From positions 1 to 30,927 of IMG/VR virus record IMGVR_UViG_3300013131_000162: a DNA stretch of 30,927 bases; one strand, written 5' to 3'. Position numbers and translations under genes: made by a program. The notes beneath the pieces were generated by a model. It saw nothing but the letters and a program-made list of their open reading frames with translations. It searched no databases and was not told the DNA's origin. This DNA is from a virus (lineage: Duplodnaviria > Caudoviricetes). Each line of letters opens with the position of its first letter. Position 1 is the stretch's first letter. Shown piece after piece: positions 16,901-25,674 of this stretch.

Positions 16901-19900
16901 CTACGGCGCGAGCTCCACAGCGGGATCCGCCCCATCACGTCGCGCGGGCTCCAGAGGAACTTGACGGCGAGCACGTCGAAGGTGTCCGGCGATGCCGAGT
17001 CGTCCTTCGTCCACTTCATCTCGTCGTGCCACGCCTGCGTCAGGTAGTTGTTCCCGTGGCTCGAGAGGTGGTAGACGCGCTCCTCGGTTCCGACTGCCGC
17101 ACGACGCTGCACGTCCACAAGGGCTACGTTCTCGCCCCACAGAGGTTTGCGCTCGATCACAAAGCTCGGCTTGGTCGACGGCGGCAGAACGCCAGCCTCG
17201 CCGCCGCGGTCGCGCTCGACGTACGCCACGCGCCCGCCGTTGGCGACGTACACGCGCTGCTGCATCTGCGCGAACGATGGGCGCGGAGAGTCAGCCTCAA
17301 GTTCCGAGAACAGGTCGATGAACGGGTGGCTCTCCACGATTCCCACGCCGACAGATCCGCCACTTGCCGTGTCCGTCCCTTCGTCTGTGACCTTGTAGCC
17401 GACCCCATCTTGCAGCTTCGCGCGGAAGCGCAGGAGGCGACCGGAGTAGTCCAGCGTGTACGGGTCGAAGTCTGGGAAGCCGCTCACGGACGCATCGCTT
17501 GCTGCTGCACGCCAGACAGCAACATCCGCCATCCGCCCAAGTAGGGGGTGCATACGCCCTGCGATGCGGCCTCCCAGAAACTCGCGTCCGCCGAGCTGGC
17601 CGAGCGCCGCGAACTGCGCCTTGGACGGGATGCGCACGCAGTCTCGTGCGGCGCCGAGGAGCATGAGGTTGCGCGCGTCTCCGGCGGTGCCAATGAGCCC
17701 GCCGCCGTTGTGCGGCTGGATCCAGTCATCCGCGCCAGCAAGGCCAGTCTCAACGCCGTTGACCGTCGAGGCCGCCGTGCGCCCGTTGATCTTCCACACG
17801 GGTTTCTTGACCGTCAGCGTGCCGCTGTCGTTGTTGTGCGTGAGGTACAGGCGCAGATGCGTCCACGTCCGAAGCGGGATGCGGTCTGCGGCAGTCGATG
17901 TGTACCTGCCATCCTGCGGCGTGGAGGCGCCGCCGGAGAAGTTGGCTTGACTCTCGCGCACCAACTCAGGGCGCCCACCGTTCAGGCGCACCCAAAGGCC
18001 AATACCGCGCCGGTTGTCGTTCGCCGCCGGTCCAAGCTGGAGGTGCGAGAAGTCACACCCAAGCCACAGGAGCGTCTGGATCTCGGCATACTCATCGATG
18101 CGCACCCAGAAGTCGTAGACCCAGGTGAAGTCGTCGTAGATGGCCGAGGTCCAGTAGGGCCACACGTTGGAATAGTTGGCGAACCGCGCAGCGTCGTTCA
18201 CAAGCGGCCAGCGCGCCTCAAGTCCGCCTACTTCGCGCCCGGCAAACGCCAGGCTCGAGCGCAGTGATTGCGTAGGGCCATCCTCCACCCATCGGTCGTC
18301 GACGCGGAATATCGCGCCGCCCGCAGTCGCGTACTGCTCGTCGTCTAGGGCAACAACTCCGGTGATCTCGTTCGCTCGAGGAACGGCCACGCCGCGCGTC
18401 CACTTCGGAAGAACGCGGGCCAGGCCGCCATCAGTGAACGGAGACGCCACGCGCACGCGCCACACACCCTCGACGGGCGCCAGGTTCTCGAACAGCGGCT
18501 CGGACAGCACGAGGTCGTCTGTGCCCGTCACGCCCGGCTTGTACGGCGTTCCAGACCCCAGCGTCAGGGGCCGACGCACAACGTCGTCCGAGGCGGTGTC
18601 GAAGTTGACGTAGCCAACGACGTTGAAAACGGCGGCGCCGATGCCGTTCGCGCTTGAGCCGTCGTAGGGCGTCGCGGTCGAGAGCGACAGCCCATCGCTC
18701 GCTACCGACTGGATCCAGTAGAAGTCGCGGTAGGTCTTTGTCACTTCAGCCACGTCGGCCGCTTCGTGCGTGTCGGCCAGGACGGCGAGGAACTTCTCCC
18801 GCACGGACTCGCTGGTGGTCTCGGGAAGCTGTGTGAACAGGCTGGTGTTTCCAGGGGCGGCCTGTGTAGACGAACCCTCCGTAACGCTCAGCGTTCGGAG
18901 TCCAGGCCCGAGCGGGGCCAGCATGTCATCTAGCGCCAGAGCCCGCTGTGGAAGGCTGTTGCGGCCAAGGATCTTCCCGCGACGCGACGCGACGGAGGAG
19001 CCGCTGGACGTGGGGAGTTCTCCAGCGGCCGTCGCCCCGTAGACGCGCACCTTGTCGACGATCAGGCGAGCGCCGTACTCGGTGTACCCACGGTACGCGC
19101 CAGGGTTCCACCCGCCGCCGATGGAGATGACCGAGCGGAGCAGGTCTTTCTTGTGAATGGAGAGGTCCGCGTAGTAGGCAAACTCGGCCTGCGGGTCGTC
19201 GCCCGCCGCGTACTTGAAGTCGCCTTTGGGCGTGGCCGCGATGTAGATGCGGTACTCGTCCTGAAATCCGGCCGTCCCTGCGCGGTTCGCGGGAGACGGC
19301 TGGAACCCGATCTGGATGGTCACGCGCCGGCCAACCCACGGCGTCGTGTCGTCCCACAGGCCCGCTCCGCCCGAGTTGCGCGTGAAACCTACGATGGCCG
19401 ACTGCATCGTCGGAGAGTCGGAGTCGCGCCCCCGATGCACGTCAAGCTGGAACCCCTGCGGGCGACGCTCCGGTGTCGTGCTCGAAGCGATTTGCCACCA
19501 CGAGTGATGCCCGAAGCAGAGAATGGGCGAGGCCGGCGAGACGCTGCCGCTGTTGTCTGCGTCCTTGACGGAAACCGTCACCAGGTCTGGGCAGTACGCG
19601 GCTTCGTACTCGCCGGATCGAGGCCCTGGAGACGTAAGCGTCGCAACGCCGTAGTGCGCCTCGGGGATGATGCACGACACTTCGACGGCGAAGCCGCGCG
19701 AGTTGGATTGCTGCATGGCACGCAGCTCGCGCGCGAACACCGGATGCTCCGACAGGTCGTAGACGAGGGCGTCGCCTTCACCGGACAAGAAGAGAGCGTT
19801 CTCGCCTTCCGCGCCCTCCTTCGAGAGCGCCAGGCCGAACGGCGCCATGAATCCATGCTTGCCTCGCACGAGCTCACGGCACACGCGCCCGCCAGCGTCG

Positions 19901-21615
19901 TCATAGGGCCAGTACGCAACGAGCTTCGAGAGCTGCGGCTCGGTCGAGTCGTCCATCCTGAGCGTAGAGCGCAAGCTGAATTGCACGCGGGGATCCGCGT
20001 AGTCCCGGCTGGAGGCCCAGGCGCGGTGCTCGTGGACTACGATGTCCTGCTGGTTCCAGCGGAACGCGCGGATGAGGAATGGCTGGTTTGACCAGGTGGT
20101 CGCCGTGCTGCCCACGTCCTGCAAGAAGAGTCGGTAGTCGCCGACGCCCTGCTCTACGTAGTTCTGGATGTTGAACACGCCGCCCTGGAACCCGGTCACG
20201 CTCGAACGCGGGAACACCAGACGGTAGCCGCGCAGGGCATCCGGGTTGAAGTTGGTCGCGGGAGCCCCTGCGCTCGCACGCCCGTAACCTGCCCAGAGTG
20301 CCCCGCGCGTTCCGAGAGGGCTCTGCGAGAAGTTCGCGTTGCTGTCGGTGAGAGCCCTGTTCCCGTTGATCGTGACGTAGGTGTTGGCCCCGGCCGCGTG
20401 GGAGCAAGTCAAGGTGTAGAGGCCGGGGCCGTACAGGTCGTCGATGGAGTTGAGCGAGCAGTCGGCGACGCGGAATCCCTTGTGCTCCATCGCGGCCGAG
20501 TCCATCCCGAACGGGATCCAGCCCTGCGCCTGCCACGGTGCCATGCGGTATCCGAGGCCGACGTGTTCGGCGTCGCGTCCCGAGTAGCGGATCCCGTACT
20601 TGGCGAGGTAACGCAGCGAGTCGGTCGGCCCCTTCCAGGTGGAGAGGTTGGTGGTCGTGCCGCCGCCGGCCGAGTCGACGAAGCTGCCGGTCCAGTACCG
20701 GCCGCCGTGCTCCTGCATCCGCACGTCCACCCTTCCGTTGTGGTTCCATGCTCCGGCAGACACGGCGGCCGTATCGAGCGTGACGGAAAGCGAAACGCTG
20801 TAGCTGCGGCCCGGCTCGAGCGCGTAGGCCACGGTGTCGTTTCGCCCGTCGAAGATGAACGCTCGAAGCGCCTGCGTGGAGTAGGAGCCGGTCGAACCGG
20901 ACGCCCCTCCGGTTGCCAGGTCGTAGCGCATCGAGTCCTGGCCGGTGCCGGCCCATTCGGGCGCATCCAGCCACATGAACACGAGGAAGTAGTTGCTCTT
21001 GCGCGCGGGCGCCGAGCCGAGCCCCACGTTGTAGGCGTAGTTGCCGGCGTTGACGATGCCGAGCGCCCAGCTCATCGGGGCGGTGCGGTCGCCGCCCTTC
21101 TGCATGATGATCGTGCAGTCGTCGAGCAGCTCGTCGTACCCGCACCCGGCTTCGATGGCGGCGTTTCCGGACGTGGGCGCGCCTTCGCCGCGCGCAGGGC
21201 GCTCACCCATGCGGAAGTCCGGCGGGAGCGAGAAACTGATCTGGCGCTCGAAGCTGCGTCCGCGCCGGTTGTGGAACGTCTCGGACGGGAACGAGCCTGC
21301 CGCCGCGAAGTCGCCGCCGATGTCGTAGCCGGGATCGTAGCGGTGCGTGATGTACCCGCGCAGGGGCACGCTCTTGTTGGCCTCGACGTACAGCGGCGAG
21401 TAGGCCGGATCGACGCGACACAGGATGCCGGGCGTCGGAGCGACCTGATTGTTCAGCTTGAGCGACCCACGCGCCGAGCGTGCGGAGTCGTCCGAAAACT
21501 CCACGTTGACAGCGCGCGGAGTCTGGTCGTCGCCGATGCGCGTTGCGTTACGGTCGGACTTGAGGCCGCCCGAGAGCCCTTTGAGCTGGAACCGGCGCTG
21601 AGATGAACTCGGCAC
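13936..21615 (-). CDS. Tail nozzle / tail tubular B-like (P22 gp10 / T7 gp12 position) protein with multiple LamG-like inserts (2559 aa)
   Basis: N-terminus LSGGLKSD…IGDDQTPRAVNV…ARGS and C-terminal propeller-like blades plus WESKWLDMG…QHLKFRIRS match nozzle/stabilisation proteins; internal LVAYWPYDD, IVDKVRVYG, WTHLRL, GRMADVAVW and WYYVALRK resemble LamG motifs. Confidence 0.75.
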   Translation of the reverse strand: MPSSSQRRFQLKGLSGGLKSDRNATRIGDDQTPRAVNVEFSDDSARSARGSLKLNNQVAPTPGILCRVDPAYSPLYVEANKSVPLRGYITHRYDPGYDIGGDFAAAGSFPSETFHNRRGRSFERQISFSLPPDFRMGERPARGEGAPTSGNAAIEAGCGYDELLDDCTIIMQKGGDRTAPMSWALGIVNAGNYAYNVGLGSAPARKSNYFLVFMWLDAPEWAGTGQDSMRYDLATGGASGSTGSYSTQALRAFIFDGRNDTVAYALEPGRSYSVSLSVTLDTAAVSAGAWNHNGRVDVRMQEHGGRYWTGSFVDSAGGGTTTNLSTWKGPTDSLRYLAKYGIRYSGRDAEHVGLGYRMAPWQAQGWIPFGMDSAAMEHKGFRVADCSLNSIDDLYGPGLYTLTCSHAAGANTYVTINGNRALTDSNANFSQSPLGTRGALWAGYGRASAGAPATNFNPDALRGYRLVFPRSSVTGFQGGVFNIQNYVEQGVGDYRLFLQDVGSTATTWSNQPFLIRAFRWNQQDIVVHEHRAWASSRDYADPRVQFSLRSTLRMDDSTEPQLSKLVAYWPYDDAGGRVCRELVRGKHGFMAPFGLALSKEGAEGENALFLSGEGDALVYDLSEHPVFARELRAMQQSNSRGFAVEVSCIIPEAHYGVATLTSPGPRSGEYEAAYCPDLVTVSVKDADNSGSVSPASPILCFGHHSWWQIASSTTPERRPQGFQLDVHRGRDSDSPTMQSAIVGFTRNSGGAGLWDDTTPWVGRRVTIQIGFQPSPANRAGTAGFQDEYRIYIAATPKGDFKYAAGDDPQAEFAYYADLSIHKKDLLRSVISIGGGWNPGAYRGYTEYGARLIVDKVRVYGATAAGELPTSSGSSVASRRGKILGRNSLPQRALALDDMLAPLGPGLRTLSVTEGSSTQAAPGNTSLFTQLPETTSESVREKFLAVLADTHEAADVAEVTKTYRDFYWIQSVASDGLSLSTATPYDGSSANGIGAAVFNVVGYVNFDTASDDVVRRPLTLGSGTPYKPGVTGTDDLVLSEPLFENLAPVEGVWRVRVASPFTDGGLARVLPKWTRGVAVPRANEITGVVALDDEQYATAGGAIFRVDDRWVEDGPTQSLRSSLAFAGREVGGLEARWPLVNDAARFANYSNVWPYWTSAIYDDFTWVYDFWVRIDEYAEIQTLLWLGCDFSHLQLGPAANDNRRGIGLWVRLNGGRPELVRESQANFSGGASTPQDGRYTSTAADRIPLRTWTHLRLYLTHNNDSGTLTVKKPVWKINGRTAASTVNGVETGLAGADDWIQPHNGGGLIGTAGDARNLMLLGAARDCVRIPSKAQFAALGQLGGREFLGGRIAGRMHPLLGRMADVAVWRAAASDASVSGFPDFDPYTLDYSGRLLRFRAKLQDGVGYKVTDEGTDTASGGSVGVGIVESHPFIDLFSELEADSPRPSFAQMQQRVYVANGGRVAYVERDRGGEAGVLPPSTKPSFVIERKPLWGENVALVDVQRRAAVGTEERVYHLSSHGNNYLTQAWHDEMKWTKDDSASPDTFDVLAVKFLWSPRDVMGRIPLWSSRRSRESGGLYLECVDGKVELGWYDTALKERVSLVSSTQVFRPGYWYYVALRKAFPMQDAQEGNWLNSYWADQRRRRATFGSIVGTWAVGNVVENAGQTKQGVVTKVTTTHIEYWLFTGDTDFTSGENVRVRGAVGNTGQITQTPYQMTGDALVVREFEKISTSPATNFNSMPTWPMKPSTRACISFTSEMPRSPNTTAIGQVTPKGVIYNGGATGEVTVSTALPATTGTDVRIFHPDMLGMIWQFSATSANAPEATYRIAVYISETQVRVFDQYGNAPNLVGFVDREGGVFSGAEMQKSERFDESNQPDISAYPTEFMGSELALDPSTGVARHSGKFDSFAWVVVSSNVDAFYSQVQAFQNSVAGLDHSEIGLDSFANEIITAAPGPVRADSARTFACVNTVPYAGGTHVSSQPNEALEVKLDAESSTNAESLYWQYLSKPDESWGTRKVAVVFYDADQDSLSNPGPLLTVDNPPEDKANPSGLTRLVLTGLPVSYQSGNIQRWVYVSMSGEPVPFRQAIVSDNISSSVGLDLDESKLDLTVPLYYDNAPPPDCRSIGVSQGVMFYGDVKLGGTREPSGLRFSKPFFPLSVPYRNYALLLGGKSDGIVGMADLNGRLIVWKHDSMFLVTIREGAAIIETISKNVGLAGPQAMAVIDQEVYWLSSDRGLYFYSGAGGPVWLGKDVSDSFAGSNVELPVDARELRRASLAVNRAQDQIVMCLQSSAEAVMRRRFSIEYDSALSGAALGDASGFRYASYKDPNVTALGSADRTSGGPQRLLAGTAEGFLAYLDREDTQLHLAGSSWNVSSVTLGAASTTSNLVLAAPVSGLTDLEGIRGAPLSWTSGGVTYEATALFSDGSSIYLDRPVASAPATGTVVSIGAIPWVWESKWLDMGNFEEKKEVHYLDLVLTPQAGGTATIEFFRDFEASPAAIVISGVLATSATIDLTRPTARFALGEIACQHLKFRIRSDSPGVKCEVVGAVLRPQDVELH

Positions 21616-21618
21616 TGG

Positions 21619-22008
21619 TCACTTGATCCGGTTGTAGGCGATGAGAACGCGCCCGGCGACGTTGTTCTTCGAGATGGCGCAGAGGCCATTCCAGAGCGGA
21701 AGTGCAATCGGGGCCTGCCCCAGAGAGTTGATCGGGTTCGTTGCGCTCGAGGTCAAGATGATTCCGCCATCGAGGTACACGGTGGTTCCGTCTGCGTGCC
21801 GGAGCTCGATCTGCTGAGGCGTAATCCCAAGCGAGAAAACGCCTCGCAAGACGATGAGCGATCCGACCGGAGCGAGTAGCCCGGAAGGCGCAGTTGCGGA
21901 CACGGTACTTCCCCCCATACCGGGCGGAACGCCAGCCGTGACGACCGGCCATGTCGGGTTGGCGATGTCCGTCGTGTTGACGGTGAAGTAGTCCCAGGGT
22001 TGCTCCAT
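21619..22008 (-). CDS. Small hypothetical virion protein (129 aa)
   Basis: Start at ATG 22008 (MEQPWDYF; TAATG overlap with the adaptor stop); beta-strand-rich; lies between adaptor and nozzle. Confidence 0.7.
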   Translation of the reverse strand: MEQPWDYFTVNTTDIANPTWPVVTAGVPPGMGGSTVSATAPSGLLAPVGSLIVLRGVFSLGITPQQIELRHADGTTVYLDGGIILTSSATNPINSLGQAPIALPLWNGLCAISKNNVAGRVLIAYNRIK

Positions 22009-22949
22009 TACTGTTCCCACATGACAGAGGACATCGCCGGCGACACGCCCATCGTCGGCAGGGGGTCTTGGATCACGGCCGGCTGCTGGAGATCACGTTC
22101 CTTGATGGCGTCGAGGAACTGCTGCCACTGTTCTTGCAGCTCGGCTTGGTAGATGCGCACCCCCTCCAGGTTGCGCTGCTGCGACAGCAAGGCGCGCGCG
22201 ACAAGCAGGACGAGAAGGCGCGAGTGCTCGCCGGGGATCTCCGCGTGCATCTCGTAGGTGTCGCCAGTCTGCGGCTGGCTCGTCCAGGCGCTCTCCATCG
22301 TCAGGAGGTGCTGGTTCGTGCCGACGCCCTGGTTCGGCGTCGAGGCGATGCAGCGGAGCATCTGCCCCTTGCGCGTGCCGGCCGGGCCTGTGATCTCAAA
22401 GACCGCGCCAGCGTAGGCGTCGGCCACGCTCTCGTGCGGGAAGTTCGTCGCGTCTCCGGCGGCGCCATCGGGGTCGAGGAGGAGTTGACTCGACGTGGCC
22501 GGCGACTGCGCGCCAAGCGTTCCCTTCGTCATGCGCGCCGGGATCTTCGAGACGTAACATTCGAGGTCCATCGCTTGCGACCAACCGACGAGCGCGATCT
22601 CGTTGATGGCCGTGTGGACCCACCCCTGCCCGCCCCATTTTGACGTGCGCGGGATGATCGGCCCGACATTGACCCCGGAGCCGCCGAGATACTGGCGCAC
22701 CTCCGAGAGCTTCATCATCCACGGCGGCATCCGGTAGGCGTACTTGCCGGTGTGGATCGTGCGCGCCGCCGTGGCGAGGATCGTGAAGACGTGGGCGTGA
22801 TACGCCTGATCCGTCTCCGTCATCTTGCGGATCATCGAGACAAGTTGCGCGTTGAGCTGCGCCGCGATCTGGGCCTCACTCCACTTGGCCGAGGCCACGC
22901 TGTCGAGCGCGAGCTTCGTCTCTTCGAGTAGGGTCGTGAGCCGCGTCAC
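22008..22949 (-). CDS. Head-tail adaptor (tail tubular A / P22 gp4-like) with an inserted beta domain (313 aa)
   Basis: N-terminal helical pattern LLEETKLALD…KWSEAQIAAQLN, internal YRMP, and C-terminal EIPGEHSRLLVLLVARAL helix, typical of podoviral adaptors; GTGA-coupled start. Confidence 0.7.
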   Translation of the reverse strand: MTRLTTLLEETKLALDSVASAKWSEAQIAAQLNAQLVSMIRKMTETDQAYHAHVFTILATAARTIHTGKYAYRMPPWMMKLSEVRQYLGGSGVNVGPIIPRTSKWGGQGWVHTAINEIALVGWSQAMDLECYVSKIPARMTKGTLGAQSPATSSQLLLDPDGAAGDATNFPHESVADAYAGAVFEITGPAGTRKGQMLRCIASTPNQGVGTNQHLLTMESAWTSQPQTGDTYEMHAEIPGEHSRLLVLLVARALLSQQRNLEGVRIYQAELQEQWQQFLDAIKERDLQQPAVIQDPLPTMGVSPAMSSVMWEQ

Positions 22950-23470
22950 TGTTCCCTCTGCATGTCAGACGCGAACTTGCGCGTCACGTCAGAGCCGCGA
23001 GGAAGCCACAGCCTATTGCGGCCGTAGTTCAAGCCGGCGCTCTTGCCGAATCCGAAGGTCTGGCGGATGCCGCCACCGCGCGCGGCGAGGTCTTCGCCAT
23101 ACTGCCGCATGGCGTCCCGCCACTTCTCCATCTTGGTTCGAGCGCGCTGGACGCGGGCCTCGTCCATGTTGCGCTCGAGCTCCTTCCAGGCAGCCTTGGG
23201 GTTGCGCAGGAACCGGGCCATGTCGATGTCGTGCAGCTTCTCCAGGATCGGGCCGGCACTCGTGGGTAGTTCCCGGTACACAGGCACCTGGTACTGCCCC
23301 ACGAAGTCCGCCCAGTAGCAGACGTAGTGCCACTGGCCGCTGAGTCGACCACGCTCCTCGATCATCCAGAGTCCGCGCGGGCGATCCCAGCGGATCCTGA
23401 CGTTCGGGACGCTCCGGTGGAGTTCCTTCATCAGGTCCGCCGGGGGAGTGCGGTCGACGAGTTCGATCAT
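22946..23470 (-). CDS. Hypothetical protein (174 aa, MIELVDRTPP…)
   Basis: ATG at 23470, 5 nt after the upstream stop; protein-like composition only from this Met onward in the 400-aa track ORF; stop coupled to the adaptor start. Confidence 0.75.
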   Translation of the reverse strand: MIELVDRTPPADLMKELHRSVPNVRIRWDRPRGLWMIEERGRLSGQWHYVCYWADFVGQYQVPVYRELPTSAGPILEKLHDIDMARFLRNPKAAWKELERNMDEARVQRARTKMEKWRDAMRQYGEDLAARGGGIRQTFGFGKSAGLNYGRNRLWLPRGSDVTRKFASDMQREQ

Positions 23471-23475
23471 GGCTG

Positions 23476-24108
23476 TTACGCTTCGAGGAAGCTGCGGGGG
23501 TCCTGGCCGAAGATGCCAACGGCACAGATCCGCACCTGGTTCGTCGTGTTCGGGACGGTCAGGAAGTTGTGCGGAGCAACCGAGGTCGCCGCAATGGTCG
23601 CCACCGTGCCAAGCGCAATGATCTGCATGCTGGCTGCGGGAACGCCACGGTACGGGTTCGGAACTTTGCACGATGCCGTGTCCGCAGACCCAAGCGAGAA
23701 CGTCAGCGCCGTGCCGATGCCAGCCACGTTCCCGGTCACGCTCGTCACCACAGCGGAGTCGAGCGACGAGAAGAGCGTGTTGGACGCAACGGTTTGCGCG
23801 GCCGTCCCGTTGCCCGTGATCGTCACGGTTTCGGTGATTGCTTCGTGGTTCTCGTCCCGGCCAGTCAGCAGGACTGACACGGAAAATGCGTTGGTGAAGT
23901 CGGTCGCCGTGGCGAGGTTGAGATGAACAGCACCGACCGCCCCATGTGCGCGTCCGGCCAAGGTAAAGGCAAAGCCGAGCACGATGTTCGTGCGCGCCGT
24001 GGCCGCTGCGAAGAACGTCGCTGATCCAGGAGGCAGGATGAGCGGGATGTGCTGCGCGAACTGCGCAATGGTCGCGGTCTTCTTGATGTCTTTCGTTCTG
24101 ATACCCAT
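23476..24108 (-). CDS. Putative capsid decoration / minor structural protein (210 aa)
   Basis: Directly follows the capsid gene; AAAGGA SD at 24115-24120; T/A/V-rich beta protein with LTGRDENHEAITETVTITG…LFSSLDS, a pattern common in phage structural proteins. Confidence 0.65.
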   Translation of the reverse strand: MGIRTKDIKKTATIAQFAQHIPLILPPGSATFFAAATARTNIVLGFAFTLAGRAHGAVGAVHLNLATATDFTNAFSVSVLLTGRDENHEAITETVTITGNGTAAQTVASNTLFSSLDSAVVTSVTGNVAGIGTALTFSLGSADTASCKVPNPYRGVPAASMQIIALGTVATIAATSVAPHNFLTVPNTTNQVRICAVGIFGQDPRSFLEA

Positions 24109-24135
24109 GTCGAGTCCTTTCTCTTTTCGAGTAGT

Positions 24136-24162
24136 GGGGGCCGAGCACAGCGCCCGGCCCCC
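24136..24162 (-). terminator. GC-rich stem-loop downstream of the capsid gene (attenuator or mRNA-stabilising hairpin)
   Basis: mRNA reads GGGGGCCGGGC-GCUGU-GCUCGGCCCCC: an 11-bp stem with one G-U pair and a 5-nt loop, in the largest intergenic gap of the operon. It has no U-tract, so it is not a canonical intrinsic terminator. Confidence 0.5.
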
Positions 24163-24182
24163 GGATCTCAGTCAGCAGACGG

Positions 24183-25655
24183 TCACGTCGAGCGCCGGAT
24201 GTCCGTCACGACGGCGCCGCACTTGTTGCGGATGCCGACGCCGAAGTTCATTCCGGCGACCCACGCGGCGTGGTACTCGTCGTCGTCCTGGAGCCGATAC
24301 CACATCGGACCCAGCGGGTCGAGAGCCTGGAAGGTCGTCTCGACGTGCTGCCGGAAGCCGCCACCTCGGAGACCGAGGAAGTAGATCCGGTTCTTGAGAC
24401 AGTGGCGGTCGACCACCCAGGTCTTGCCCTTGAAGTCCAGGCCGGTCCAACCACCCGACAGCGTGGTCGTGTTGTTGTACCGCTTGTCCGGCGTCAGCGT
24501 CTCGCCGTAGGCGGAACGCTCGCCGAAACCGGACAGGAGAACCTCGCACTCGGCGTTGTTCTCCTCCTCGAGACGATCCATCACGAGCTGGAGCAGCTCT
24601 TCGGTGGGCACACGCAGGACACCAGCGCCATCCATGACGATGGAGCGGTTCCACGGGTGCGTCGAGTCAACCGGGATCCCCTGGAAGCCAGCGGCGGCGA
24701 CGTTCGTCTCGTCGTAGTCGTCGTTCGGGGTGTAGCTCATCGTGCCACCGTTGACGGTGTACGACGGGGCCGTGGCGATGCCGTGGCCGTCGAGAACGCC
24801 CGTGTCGGCGAAGATGCCGGCAATCCCCATCGGCTCGTTCTTGAAGCCGGTGTTGATCGACTCGGCTTGGCCGCCCCCGTCCGCCGTGTTGCGAGCGGCC
24901 GTGACGATCCAGTCGCCGATGGCCGTTCCGGCGGGGAGAGCCACGGCGGCGCCCGTGATGGGATCGCCGGTCGTGACACGAGCCGCAGACGGAGGGCCGA
25001 CCGTCTCGCTGACGACGGCGATGACACGACGGATGCCGCGCACCGTGCCGTCTGGGGCGACGATGGCGACGCGACGGCTGATGTAGTCGTCCTTGAGGAA
25101 CTGAGCCGGGGACGACGTACAGGAGGCGACGCTCTCGATGTTTTGGTTCAGGCGGAGGTCCACCTGTCCCGTCGTGAGGCCGCCGCCCGTCACAGCCGAC
25201 AGCTCGGCGATGCGGCCGGAGCCGTCCGAGTGCAGGATGCGGTTCAGCTCGACGGCCATGTCATCGGCCATCTGCTGCATCACGTCGTCGAGGGCATCGA
25301 CGTACGCGACCGGGTTGGACTGCGAGGCACGCATGATCCGGCCGCTGATCTTCGCGCGAGCGAACATCTGGCGGACGCGGTAGGCGTACGGACGAGCCTT
25401 AGCCGAGCCCGGGTCCGGCAACTTGCCGTTGTCCCGCACGAAGCCGAAGGCGTCGACGTTTCGACCGAACTTGACAGGTTCGATGACGAACTTGCCGTTG
25501 ATCTGGTCGGAAGTCTCGGGAACCATCCCGAGGAGCACGCTCGCGTTGTTCTTCGCGTCGTTGATCCAGGGCTGGTAGAAGTCGGTCATCAGGGTCGAGG
25601 CAAACCCCTGGGAGAAGTTCCAGGCGGTGCCAAGACCCGCATCGGTGACAGCCAT
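24183..25655 (-). CDS. Major capsid protein (HK97-fold), 490 aa
   Basis: Motifs DFYQPWIND, PVKFGRN…LPDPG, ARAKISG, LNRILHSDGSG and C-terminal GLDFKG…WVVDRHC…IYFL…RNKCGAVVTDI; follows the scaffold; strong SD and strongly biased codons. Confidence 0.9.
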   Translation of the reverse strand: MAVTDAGLGTAWNFSQGFASTLMTDFYQPWINDAKNNASVLLGMVPETSDQINGKFVIEPVKFGRNVDAFGFVRDNGKLPDPGSAKARPYAYRVRQMFARAKISGRIMRASQSNPVAYVDALDDVMQQMADDMAVELNRILHSDGSGRIAELSAVTGGGLTTGQVDLRLNQNIESVASCTSSPAQFLKDDYISRRVAIVAPDGTVRGIRRVIAVVSETVGPPSAARVTTGDPITGAAVALPAGTAIGDWIVTAARNTADGGGQAESINTGFKNEPMGIAGIFADTGVLDGHGIATAPSYTVNGGTMSYTPNDDYDETNVAAAGFQGIPVDSTHPWNRSIVMDGAGVLRVPTEELLQLVMDRLEEENNAECEVLLSGFGERSAYGETLTPDKRYNNTTTLSGGWTGLDFKGKTWVVDRHCLKNRIYFLGLRGGGFRQHVETTFQALDPLGPMWYRLQDDDEYHAAWVAGMNFGVGIRNKCGAVVTDIRRST

Positions 25656-25663
25656 GAGCTGAT

Positions 25664-25670
25664 CTCCTTA
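25664..25670 (-). promoter_or_regulatory. Shine-Dalgarno (TAAGGAG) of the major capsid gene
   Basis: ctcctta on the plus strand, 8 nt upstream of ATG 25655. Confidence 0.8.
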
Positions 25671-25674
25671 CGAG

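Noticed and set aside
23471-24148. 400-aa ORF 22946..24148 as a dual-coding or frameshift fusion over the decoration gene
   Set aside because: The upstream part is R/H/G-rich alternate-frame sequence starting inside the hairpin, with no slippery site; the real gene begins at ATG 23470.
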